From the NCBI GenBank assembly GCA_051362555.1, contig CM120643.1, positions 29,206,848 to 29,270,847 on the forward strand: a stretch of DNA of 64,000 bases, given 5' to 3'. The position numbers were made by a program, and so were the translations under genes. Source of the stretch: Lingula anatina. Taxonomy: Eukaryota; Animalia; Brachiopoda. Below, piece by piece: positions 39,462 through 51,074 of the stretch; position 1 is the stretch's first letter, and every line of letters begins with the position of its first letter. Under the pieces are notes generated by a model. It worked only from the letters and a program-made list of their open reading frames with translations, made no database searches and was not told where the DNA came from.

Positions 39462-42400
39462 CACATAAAAATTAAAAATTATTTTAAATTCTTGATTTGA
39501 CTAAAATTGTTAGCTCAGAGTGAGTCCAGTAGTAGTAGTAGGCAGTTTTAACTCATGGTGTCTGTTAGTGTATACTATGTGTGATCAGTACAATGGTTTG
39601 TGGAGTTCCTCTCTCCTGTTTTTCCCAAATGTCTGATTAAGCATTGCATGGTAGATCTTATTGCATGTGTTTGCTGCATTATGAGCTCTCAAAACTTAAT
39701 TGGTTTCACAACTTATTATAATATCTATATTAACTTTTGCATGTGGCATTGAAGTTAGTGCTTCACTGCATGTGTTTATGTCTTGAAACTGTTTTCTCTG
39801 AACCAATGGTGTCACATTTATTCTCTTGTATTCTATATATACACAGTAGGTAAGATGTTGTCAGATATGAAGGAATTCAGCTTCAAAACCATAGCAGCTT
39901 GGCTTTGAATGTTAATTATACATCATTACACATGTCCAGAGGTAGATTGAAAATGAAAAATGGTACTGGTGTCAGAATATCAATAATCAAGTCCTAATAA
40001 TTATGAAATAATGAAAGCAAAGCAGAGGCAGATTTTGAAAAAGAGATTATATTTCTATTTAATTTCCCCATCTCAGGTTCAGATTGGTATAGATGGGAAG
40101 AAGAGGATCGCGCCTGCCCTACGCAAGGGTGGTATCCGCGAGGACGAGCCAACAGCCAAACCAGTCAACCAGCGCATGGCTAACTGGGAGAAGATCACGA
40201 GCCAGGAGGACGGCAAACACCCCTCGGCCCAGTCAGCCCCCTACAAGGCCCCCGAACCCAAGAAAGCCCCCTTCAGCAGGCCCCCTGTTCCAAAGTCCAC
40301 CACCCCTGCTAGCACTAAGACTACCCCTGCTAACAGCAACCCTAGCAGGCCCCCTCTCCCTAGAGGTGTAACCCCCGGCGGAGCACCAGTGAATGCAAGG
40401 CCAAGAGCCCCCGAGTCTAATGAGCCGGACCCCACTGACCGGTCAGTGATGTCCAGGATGGGAATGTGGGAGGACAGAGTCCGTAGCACCGCTCAAAACG
40501 CCCCACCCCGTCCCAACCAGCCGTCCACTGCCCCCATGACCAGACCTGCATTGAAGCTGCCCCTGGGGTCTGTCCCCAAGGTCCCTGCGGCACCTGTCAT
40601 CCCGGCTGCAGCTGTGGGATCCTCTCCTGCTAAGAGCAAGGACTCCCCAGTCAAATCTAAAGTGCCTGGAGTGAAGTCACCTGCCTTGTCACCTACCAAG
40701 GTAAGCCTCAATGGTGACATATGTTCATTGTGTTCTATAAAAGTGTCTAGTTTTCAGTCTTGTGTGCACATTTTGATTGATTTTTTTCATTTTCATATGC
40801 AGCTCCTCGATTGAACATTTCTTTCCACATTAATTTATTTATTATCTTTTAATATTATCATTTTCAAATAATTTATTTCATTATTTATTTCTCTGTCACA
40901 AATCAGGCCAGTGCTCACATGCGCGCCATGCAGGAGAAGCTAATACAGAACATGAACAAAGGCTGGAAGGATAACGAGATCACCGCCAAGGTCCTGGCAG
41001 AGCGCGAGGCGGAGATGAAGCAGCTGGAGAACCGCTGGAAGGACGGAATACCTTTGGAGAATGAAAATGAGACGAAGAAAGCGGAGCCTGTTGTGGTGCC
41101 ACTCAAACAGGAGGTCAGTTGTTCACGTTGCTTCCTTTTTCTCTGAAATATAATTAATTTAAATAAATGCTGATCAAGTATTAAAAAATATACTGTAAGT
41201 TGTAAGCAAAGCTGAGTCAATTTTTTGTACAAGCATATTTGGTCTTTTTTCCATAAAATACATTTTGAAGATTTATAAATGATTCCATTTGGTGTGATAT
41301 GCCTTTCTCTGTTCCAGAACACCTGTACCTTGATATAAACATCAAAATCATTTCAGGAAATGTCATTGTTTCATATTACTTAGAAATGAAAACAATCTGT
41401 AATGAATAAATCAATATTAGCACCACAGTATAGGTATGAATAGATTTAGAAGTAGTGTTATAATATAATATTTCCCAGCAGGCCTCAGCACAACCTGTTC
41501 CAGCAACCAGGAAACCATCTGGATCAGGCAGTAGTGGCAGTAGCAGCAGTTCCAGCGAGACTGAAAGCAAAGGACCAGGTATATCCACTTTGCTTCCTTT
41601 CCTCTCCAGGTTTTTGTGGTTTTGTTTTGTAGCTTCATCCTTGCAGCTTTTTTCCCCAATATTGTCCAGAAAGGAGACCAAAGTGGATAAAAATTGGGTG
41701 CCAAGGTTGTATTGGGTTTTTACGTAGAAGCTTTTCGTATTGATTTTGAGAATCTTGATTTTGTGATCATGTGACAGGTAAAACCGGTTCCCACACCTCA
41801 GCCAAGAGTGCAAGTGCCGAGCGCTCCAGCGCGGGCAATCCCTGGCAAACGGGAAGACGCTAGGGCTAAGCTCAGATCAGGTAGACTGGTGTGGCATAGA
41901 TGGCAGGCTAACCAAGACGGGCTTCAGTAGTTGCTTACCTTATTATTCTGTAGCAGCTTGTAGTATATTGTCTGTGTGTTGTCAGTGTTCATGTTTTGAT
42001 GGCTTCAAAACTGGGTGTTTTGTAAAGTGTTATATACAGTCTGTAGCGTGGTGTCTTACACGTCTTACTTGGATGCCAGTTCTGTTAAGTTTACTGCTTC
42101 ATTCATCAGAACTAGTGTTACCATTGTGACATTGTGCATGTTGTTTTGTCTCCTTGAGAAAGCTTAGTGGTAGCCAGTTTAACCTGCATGTGCTTTCTTT
42201 GTTTGTTCTTAAAGTGTGTATCTGAATAATCAGTTATATAGATATAATTGTGTCATGTGCAGTCAGGAGATTCTTCATAATGTTCAGAGGAATTCAGATC
42301 TCTACATGTCCGGTTTATTATAGATTTTGCCCAAAATTCCAATTTATGCCAGTAAATTCTTTTGTTGTTAAACTCCTTTCTCCCCCACCCATTCTGTGTT

Positions 42401-45367
42401 ACATGTTGTGACCTAACTTTTTACATTCTTTGTTTAAGATATGTCTTTCTTGGCAACACTATAAAAGTAAAGATGTCTAAGGCTAAATTTAGATTATTGT
42501 GGCTTTGTGTCAGTTTTAATATTGTAATTTGGCTTTAATAAATAATTTAGATTGAAATTTACTTGAAATGGAGTCATCTTATTAAGCAAACCCTACTGAG
42601 TAATTGAGTTTTTTCTTCCCCTTTGTTCAGACTTTGAGGGCAAGTTAAATGCCATGGGGTTTGAAGTCCAAAGCACAGCTGACCTTCAGGGAAATAAGTC
42701 AAAGGTCGCGACCCTCACCTTGGCCCAGCAGCAGCAGCAGGCCAAGATGGCAGAAGCAAAACCACAGCCAAAAATCACTGTAACAGAGGAGAGTTATCAG
42801 AGAACTACCGTCAAAAACCAGAAGACAGCCCATGATTCTTTTGATGACAGTGAAGATGGGAGCGATGAATCCTTTGAAGCCACCATGAGCAAGTACTCCG
42901 CTGTGGCTGACCCCAGTTATAATAGAGGTCAAGCTCAGACAAGTCGCCAGGCAACACGACAGGCATCAACTGCGTCTACGGCGAGCAGCCAGAGTGCCAC
43001 CAGCGAGACCAGCAGTCAGTACAGTGAGAGGAGAGACAGAGGGGAGAGGAGCAGCGCAGATGACGAGTACGACAGCCAGAGTGACTATGACGACGAAGAT
43101 GAGGAGGGTGAAGAGGGAATTGATGATCTTTTAGATGAAGCCATGGATGAGTCTGAGGACTCCATGCAGGATGAAAAGGTATCATTTTTACTTCACCTTC
43201 TATGTGTTCTGATTGTCTTTGTTAATATGAATTAGCTTGGTGATTTTTTTTTAAATATAAATGTTAATTTATGAGTGTATATTTTTTATTCAGGTTTAAT
43301 TTTCATTTTAATTGAGATTAAGTTGTCAACTTCTATATTCTGCTGGATAGATGTGTATCAAAACTTAGAGATATCAAGTTCTTACTATTTCCTTGGTATT
43401 TTCTATCCCAGGGTGCCCCACAGAGAAGACCTCCAAATGGAAAAACGGAGCGTTTGATGTCTCCCAAAGTGGCGTCGTGTGAGAGTTTGGTCAGCTCAGA
43501 TGGAGAGAAGCCTCTGGTCCACACTGTCTCTTTTTACAGGTCCACCAGGTAAAATATTTTAATTTATTAGTTTGTTTACAAATTGTTATGATTTTTTACT
43601 ATTATTATTTATTTATTTTATTTATTTATTTATTTTTTTAATAATTCCAATCATAACTAGTGTCCAGTAATTGTGTAGATCTTTTGATAATGCTCTTTAG
43701 GTGATAATCAATCCTTTTAAGAATAATGATTATAAAACCAAAAGATCCTGAATTTTGTATGAAACGTTTCATTTTCCCTCTCTGCACCTTGTTCACCTCC
43801 AGGTACAGTAAGAATGGCCCAGCCCCCAAGATGACCATCGTCCGGCACACCTCTCACTCTCGGTCCACTGAGGAGGAGGAGGAAGAGGAAGATCTGCCCT
43901 ATATGCCTGAGAGGTCCATCAAACAGAAGATACAGGTACGGATTGGGAAATTTCAGACTATTTGTTCATCTTGATACTCTATTTATTTGTATTCCATGGA
44001 GTTTCAGGAGGTGGAGAGTGAGGGGCATATGGCGATTTTTTTTTTTTTATTGACGTTTATCGCTCTCTTGTTGAGCATTACTTTTGTCTGTTTGTTTATT
44101 TATTTATTTATTTATAAGAAGTAGATCATTGCTTTTATTATATAATTCCCTTAAGTTTCAGGACACTTTAGGCAGATGCTTAATGAAAAAATAAAATTGT
44201 TATACATTATTCTCTTTAATTTTCTGTTTGTTTGCTCATTTATTAATTTATTTATTTATTTATTTATTTATTCCCCCAGGAGCTCCAGGACCTGGTGAGT
44301 CAGGAGCAGAATGTGATCATGCAGACCAGCAATGCTCTGAACCAGTGTTGTGGTGGGGGCTCCAGCTTTGCAGGCTCCACAGAGGCCGTGGAGTGCAATC
44401 GACTGCTGCTCATGGCATGTAAGTACTCTCACAGTAACTGGATTTATTCTGATTGAGCATTTTTCGAGAGAAAAAAGTTTCAAGGAATCATTATGTAGTG
44501 ATCATGAGAAAAAATATCCCATGCACACTATGATCTATTGTAAACTGCACTTAGGCTTAGTGTGCTGTATACAAGAAGTGGACTTTACTTTTATAAAAGA
44601 GTGAGGAATATACAGTGTTTCCATAGTCTGTTGACAGATATTGTAAGTCCAGGAATAGCTTAAAAACTTGGGTGTTTATGACAAGCCCACTATTTCCTAA
44701 TTTGTCTCTTCAGGTAAGAGACGTGAGGCTTACCTGGAGGAGATTCACCGGCTGAAGAACAGACACGCCAAACCCGACCAGAACAAGGGGAAGGGCTCCC
44801 TCACCATTAGCGACATCCGCCTGCCTCTCAAGAAGGACTTTGTGTCCAAGATAGGGTCCAAGGATGGTACGTTTTCAAGGGTCTTATTCAAAAAATGCAC
44901 ACACACACACACACACCCTACCTATGCCAAAATGCTTTTCTCATGTTGTTAGCATATTCTCTGTTAAAGCTAGTCAATCATAAACATTTTGTGTATGTGG
45001 TCTGGCCATTTTTTATTACCCTCTTCAATAATTAAGTTCTGGTTTTACTTATTTATTTATTTTTTCTGGTAGATCTTTAAATGAATGAACAAAGAAAAGA
45101 AATGTTGTTAGATGTATCACAGAAAAAAATGGACTGTAAAAGAATGATTTTCTTAAAATTCCATTAAAAAATCATTTTCCAGACACTGCTGTCCACTACT
45201 TCCTGATCGTGCTGCGTAACGGTCCTCATGTGATAGTGACTCAGATGGTGTCCACTCATGACCCCATGGTCAGAGGAAGTCTGGACTTCCCGAACCTCAT
45301 CAAACTGAACGACGTCAAGAGTGGGTTCAGATATAACCTGGAGGTGTATGGAATGGTGAGGATGATG

Positions 45368-45399
<32 letters not shown>

Positions 45400-46162
45400 C
45401 AATAAGTGGGTTTACATATATTACCTGGAGTCGTATGGAATGGTGAGGTTTATAATTTTTAAACATAAATTGTTTAAGGTTTGAGATATGTTTTGAAATA
45501 GATTTTGATCATTTCATGCTAATATTTGAATGCACAAAAAGTCACTTTTATTATAACACATCCATATTTATTTGTAATTCCAGACTGTGCGTCGTGATGT
45601 TCATATCCCAGCCAAAGATACACCTAAGAAGAAGGGTTTTACTCCTAAGAAGTTATTGGGATTCAAGGGAAAAGGACATTGTGAGTAAAAACAAAAGAAA
45701 AAAGCATTCTGCGTTAATGTTTCAGTGTATTTCTACAAGAATACAATTTCTGCCCAAAATATCATGTTTTTATTAACATTACTATTAAGTTCATTTCATT
45801 GTTTGATTTTATTGCATTTTATGCAAGAGAATTATGTTGGACTATCTCTCATTGGTATAATCATATCATAGATAAACAAGGTATAAAAAAAAAGAAAAAA
45901 ACTTGATTTGAGAACCCTTTTCAAAACGTTTCTTTGTAATTATTAGCGTCATTGCACAGTCCAGGAGGTCCCACAGCAGTGCGTTCCACGGCGTTCCAGC
46001 AGATTGCCCTTCTCCCCATCACCATGGACAGCCTGCACCAGTCATCATTTGGTCTGGAGAAGGTGCCGTTCCTCAGCCCCCTACAGGGGACCATCCACCT
46101 TAAGTTACGCTGCATCATGGAGTCCAGGATAGAAGAGCACGGATTCCTGGTGGGTTCTCTCT

Positions 46163-46202
<40 letters not shown>

Positions 46203-47139
46203 TACACACACATTCTCTCTCTCTCTCTCTCTCTCTTTTGATTTGGCTAAAATTTTCTCAAAGTTTGTCAAAAAATTACCCAGATTATTACACAGTAAGA
46301 GCCTTTTCCTTGATACAATTTCTTTACTGCAGTATGTAAAATTTTCAGACCATGTTTGAGGACGTGAGCGGATTTGGAGCGTGGCACAGGCGTTGGTGTG
46401 TGCTGAAGGACAACAAACTAAAATACTGGAAATATCCAGATGATGAGAAGATTAAGGTATGTATAGGACCAGCCAGGTGGTCTTTTGGAAAAATTGGAAT
46501 AAAATTTTTATTCTATCAAATTGATTTTTTTTTTAAATTACAAGATTTTTTACAGCTATATCTTTGTAAAAATATATATGCCAACTTTTGAAAGGTAGAT
46601 ATTTTTCACTCACTGTATGGCAGAATGACTGAATAAAACTTCAGTACAAGATTGAGAAGGAAAAAAAAATGGATATCTTGTAATCCTGTATGCTAGAAAA
46701 AAGTGGAAAAGATATAAAAAATATGTGTCTTTCCAAACAAGCCAGTGGTATTCAGTGTCAGTGTATTTATTTCAGGAACCCATTGGTTCTATTGACCTGA
46801 AGCGTGTAATCACAGATGTGGTCGGTCTGGTCACCAGAGACGTGTGCGCGCGACCAAACACCTTCCAGCTGCTCATGGTGAAAGATCCGAGAGAGAACAC
46901 GCAGACACTCACCACCAAGTACTACAACACAATTGCCACAGACTCGTAAGTTCTACTACTAAGAATAGATTCTGGGAACTACAATACAACTGCAACTGTG
47001 TTGTACATTTTACTACTTTATACATCACGTCTCTTCATGGTTAAGTGTATGTTGAAAGCCAAGTGATGTTCAGCTTAATTTTTTGAAATAATATTATATT
47101 TTATTTTTTAATTGCTAAATTCTTAATTACTTCAATAAC

Positions 47140-47219
<80 letters not shown>

Positions 47220-47418
47220 ATTGATTATTTTATTTATATATCAAAATCCCGTGTAATCTTGAACACCACTATCTTCACCTTCCAGTCACCTGCTATCTGC
47301 GGACACTAAAGAAGACAGACTGGTATGGTGCAATAAACTGAATGAGGCGCTCACAAACCTACGAACATGGCATGCTGACGCCCTCAAACCCATCAAGAAG
47401 AAAACATCCAACATTTGA
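34538..47418 (+). CDS. ANLN: Anillin (cytokinesis scaffold; disordered N-terminus, anillin-homology/RBD-C2, PH domain), about 20 exons
   Basis: Exons 34538-34555, 36761-36899, 37116-37253, 37749-37908, 38241-38621, 39098-39149 (or -39206), 40077-40700, 40907-41113, 41479-41578 or 41778-41880, 42631-43178, 43412-43548, 43803-43935, 44280-44418, 44714-44866, 45183-45355, 45584-45680, 45947-46149, 46349-46456, 46776-46945, 47286-47418. N-terminus [17 protein letters not shown]; [16 protein letters not shown]; [21 protein letters not shown]; [11 protein letters not shown]; PH domain [49 protein letters not shown]. Confidence 0.97.
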
Positions 47419-48945
47419 GAAGAATAAAACTTTGCATAATGACAATTAAAAGATAAACCCTGATGGTTGGCACTGTAGGGGGTTTTTGTAAGAATTGAGT
47501 TTTCATTCTTTGTGCCCTCTTCTTCATTTTCTTATCTCCAATCATGCCCCTCAAGCATACACATTTTGAAGACTTGAAGATGAAGTTGCTTTCACACATT
47601 GCGCTGAAACTTTGGGTGTGAGAAAATTCAAGTGGGCCAAAAAGAAAAAAGGACTTGAATAGTAATTGGTTTCTTTCCTTACAGAAATATTTTATGAACG
47701 TAACTCATATATCATATCTATTTAAAAAGCTTAACCCTGAGGCGTAAGTCACATAAACTTGCCTCCGGTAATACTCCTATATCACTCGTACCTGAAATTT
47801 TTTTAGATCATTTTACCAGCATGTTAAAACAGTGAATGTTATCAAAGCATCATGCCATATGCTACCTATCATAGCTCTTGGTGAGGACAAGCATGTTGAG
47901 ATTTTATGTGTGTGGTTGTGAACATGAAAGAGGAAAATAGGACTGTAAGTGGATACTGATATTTATTTTTTCCTGATTATATAATCTCTATGAACCTCAC
48001 AGACTATATATTATTATGCAGGAAAACTATTTACTTTGGATAGATCCGACCATTATTATTGTAATGGTTATTAGCATTGAAACGAAGATACATGAACTGA
48101 TAATTAGAATGATTATATCACATAACATTAATTTGCCTGCTCTGGTGGCAATAGTAATACTTCATTAGTATATATGACAATATAATACATATATCTGCCA
48201 AAATCATGACACATGGATTGTTCTTTGGTGTTTTGAATAACTTCTTAAACTGCTGAGATGTTGAGTTGTCACTAAAAATGACAAATAACTGGTAATTATC
48301 AGTGATGGTGTAGATATGTATGGAAAATAAAATGTAAATAGATAACCATGAACGTAGAATATGAAATGTGCGTTCTGTTATTTTGCTTCTTTTTTTTTTA
48401 TGATAAAAAATTAAAGATGCATACAAAGTCAATTTTTTGTCACAAAAACCAACCAAATGCCAACATATAGTTTCAAGTAGTATAACTAAGAGAATTACCA
48501 AAAGGCATTGTGTAATTTTACCCGAAAATGATGTTTGAACAGATTTTTCTGCTAGCATTCTATGCTTTATGTCAACGGGGCAGAAAAGTAGGTCACGAAA
48601 GTAGATTAAATTTCTGACCAAAAATTTAAAGAAAGGAGCAGTCTACAGATCTTTTATGGCTAATCGAGTGATCTATTCTGTTTATCCCTTGGGATGCCAA
48701 ATTTATTTGAGTCATATAAGAAACTAGTAGAAGTAGTTTACATGTGTTACTGGGAACCCACGCTCCACCGATTCTCGGTTCGTATGTACCTTTAAGTGAA
48801 ATGTTTATTAAACACATGAACATTGAAGTCCTAAGTCCATGACATATTTGAATGGCATTTATGGATAATTTTGTATCTGCATCCCTTCTACAGAGGCATT
48901 GGCAACTACATTGACTGCTACATCATTGGTTGCTTCAACACATAT

Positions 48946-49780
48946 TAGACTAGTAAACTGAGCGAAAAATAAGGCCCACCCTAGGACTAATTTCAAAAAA
49001 ATTGAAACAATATTTTTTAGAAAGCTAAATAAACAAATTGTAACATTAAAAATCTAAGAAGTGGAAAATGGTTTTTAAGGCAGTTTTTCCAAGATGGCTG
49101 CCATTATATTAAGTCACTATAGCTAAAGGGAGTCTTTATATTTTGGGAGTATTTTTGCTGGAATAAATGGGGTTAAGACCTTGAAATACATCCAGACTTA
49201 GAGACAAAGAACTTTTTATTGAAAAGAAAAGCTTATTCAATAGGAATTATTCACCAATGGCTTGGGGTCAAAGGTCATTTGTACAGATTTTTACCTGAAA
49301 TGTTGACTAAAAGTTTGCAATAAATGCTTTTAAAGATTGGTTATTGACATTTTTGGTGTTAATTACAATTATCACATCACTCACAACGATTCTCTGAAGT
49401 TTGGCTGAAAAATATGTATTTTTAGGAGAAATATAAGACAAATTGTGAAAAATCATATGAATGAAAATTATGTATAAGTGGATAGGGTAAGTATTAAATA
49501 TTGACTTCTTTTCATTTAATAGGATTTGTTCACCAAGGGTCACTGGCTTGGGTCAAAGGTCAGGAAACTGCCATTTGAACTTTTAAAGAAAGGCAATTGA
49601 TTTTTTTTTTTTTTTTTTTTTTTTTTTGGTGTTACCTATAATCATTATATCATTCACAACAACTCTATGAGGTTTAGCTGCAAAATATGGCTCTTTAGGC
49701 GAAATCTGAGTCCAAGTGTGAAAAATCAGACAGATAAGGATTCTGAGTAAGTGGACAGAATAGGCCTTCTTTTCATTCTG
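48946..49780. mobile_element. Degenerate repeat or DNA-transposon fragment with two about 290-bp ggtcaaaggtca-containing units
   Basis: ttcaccaa..ggcttgg(g)gtcaaaggtca near 49250 and 49530, followed by similar sequence (acaac.a.tct.tga.gtt..gctg.aaaatatg); boundaries approximate. Confidence 0.45.
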
Positions 49781-49949
49781 GGAACAAATATTTATATGCT
49801 AATATCATAAATGTGTAATATATGGAAAACACTTGTTATTTTGTATTATTTATTATATCCATCTATGCACCTGTTCAAAGCATTTTCCAATATGGCCATC
49901 AGCAAGAGTATTTATAAATTTAAAAAAATTCCAAACAGTGTCTCCAGTA

Positions 49950-50208
49950 ACTAGAAAAGCACTCTGAGAGCGCAAACCTCCGCCAAGGCAGGGATTTTTT
50001 ATTATTATCGATTATTGATTGATTATTGATCCGGATCACCACCAAAAACTAATCACTTCTAAGTTGACCCATTTCCGACCTACCCTGAAAATTTCATCAA
50101 AATCGGTCCATAACTTTTTGAGTTATGTTGATGATAAACAAACAAACAGGGGTGAAAACAGGGGCAGACAAACAGGGGTGAAAACATAACCTCCTTGGCG
50201 GAGGTAAA
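49950..50208. mobile_element. Short HINE/DINE-like element (family C), copy 2, best preserved
   Basis: actagaaaagcactc...acctccgccaagg (subterminal repeat)...(aaac)n...acctccttggcggaggt terminal palindrome. Confidence 0.8.
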
Positions 50209-50451
50209 TATTCAACTGTATATTACCCCCTTTTTCTGAATAATGTTGATGAATAAATAATGGAGCTATTTATAATGTGGTAAATGTATTTATGTAGTCC
50301 TTGAAAAGTAATCAAAACCAAAACACCTGTTGGAATCATTTGCCATTTGTTGATACTGCAAATCCCGAATTCAGCTTCGAAAGTTTACTTTTAACTAAAA
50401 CAATATCAAAACAAATATGGTCGCTGTTGACCTAGCCTCGGTTACCAAATT

Positions 50452-50488
<37 letters not shown>

Positions 50489-51074
50489 AGCATTGGATAT
50501 GTATGTGCTGATTGATCTACCTTCATATCATAACAAAATAATAGCACTTTGTTCATATACAACTAGAATGAAATAAAAGCAAGCATGTCCCTAATGATTT
50601 CTAAAATATTTAACTTGCAATATCTCAGGCTTTGTATTTATAGAAAATGTGTGACTTATTACCAAGGTGTTTGCACCGCATTTTCTATAATTAAAGAGAA
50701 ATTTTAAATTGGTAATAATATTTTTGAATACATACAAAATCTTGGTAATTGAATCAAAAATGGAACGGCATGATTGAAATATAACCTAATTTAGATGTTA
50801 CCTAACCTCCTTAACAAAAAAAAAAAGTATTGCACTTTATCTACACGAGCATATTTCTTTAAATACAGTGATGGCGTGGGTTAAAATTCTTCTGATACTC
50901 TCTGAATACCATTTCATTAAAATATTGTTAAAAGTTTCCCTGTTTTGCATATTTCTGCATTTCTCGTTTTGGAATTGTACCCTTTTTCGTGGAATGGCGG
51001 AGAAAATTTTAATGCATTTTGATGACAAAGTTCATTGTTATTTTGAATTCAGGTAACCAGTTTTCAGATGCTTG

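Noticed and set aside
40093-40720. Overlapping alternative-frame and antisense ORFs in the large anillin exon (also 38208-38564 and 42699-43185)
   Set aside because: Expected shadows of GC-rich, Pro/Ser-rich coding sequence; no independent splice signals or motifs.
41670-41705. Possible 36-nt exon between anillin exons A and B
   Set aside because: Weak donor (GTTGTA), and a symmetric exon would not restore the A+B frame; the one frame-restoring acceptor (41647) meets a stop codon.
43179-43411. Possible U12-type intron in anillin (donor GTATCATTTT, ttccttggt near the acceptor)
   Set aside because: The donor lacks the GTATCC core and the putative branch site lacks the branch adenosine; at most a degenerate resemblance.
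48118-48621. 167-aa minus-strand ORF
   Set aside because: Non-ATG start, AT-rich low-information composition, antisense to the presumptive anillin 3'UTR, no recognisable motif.
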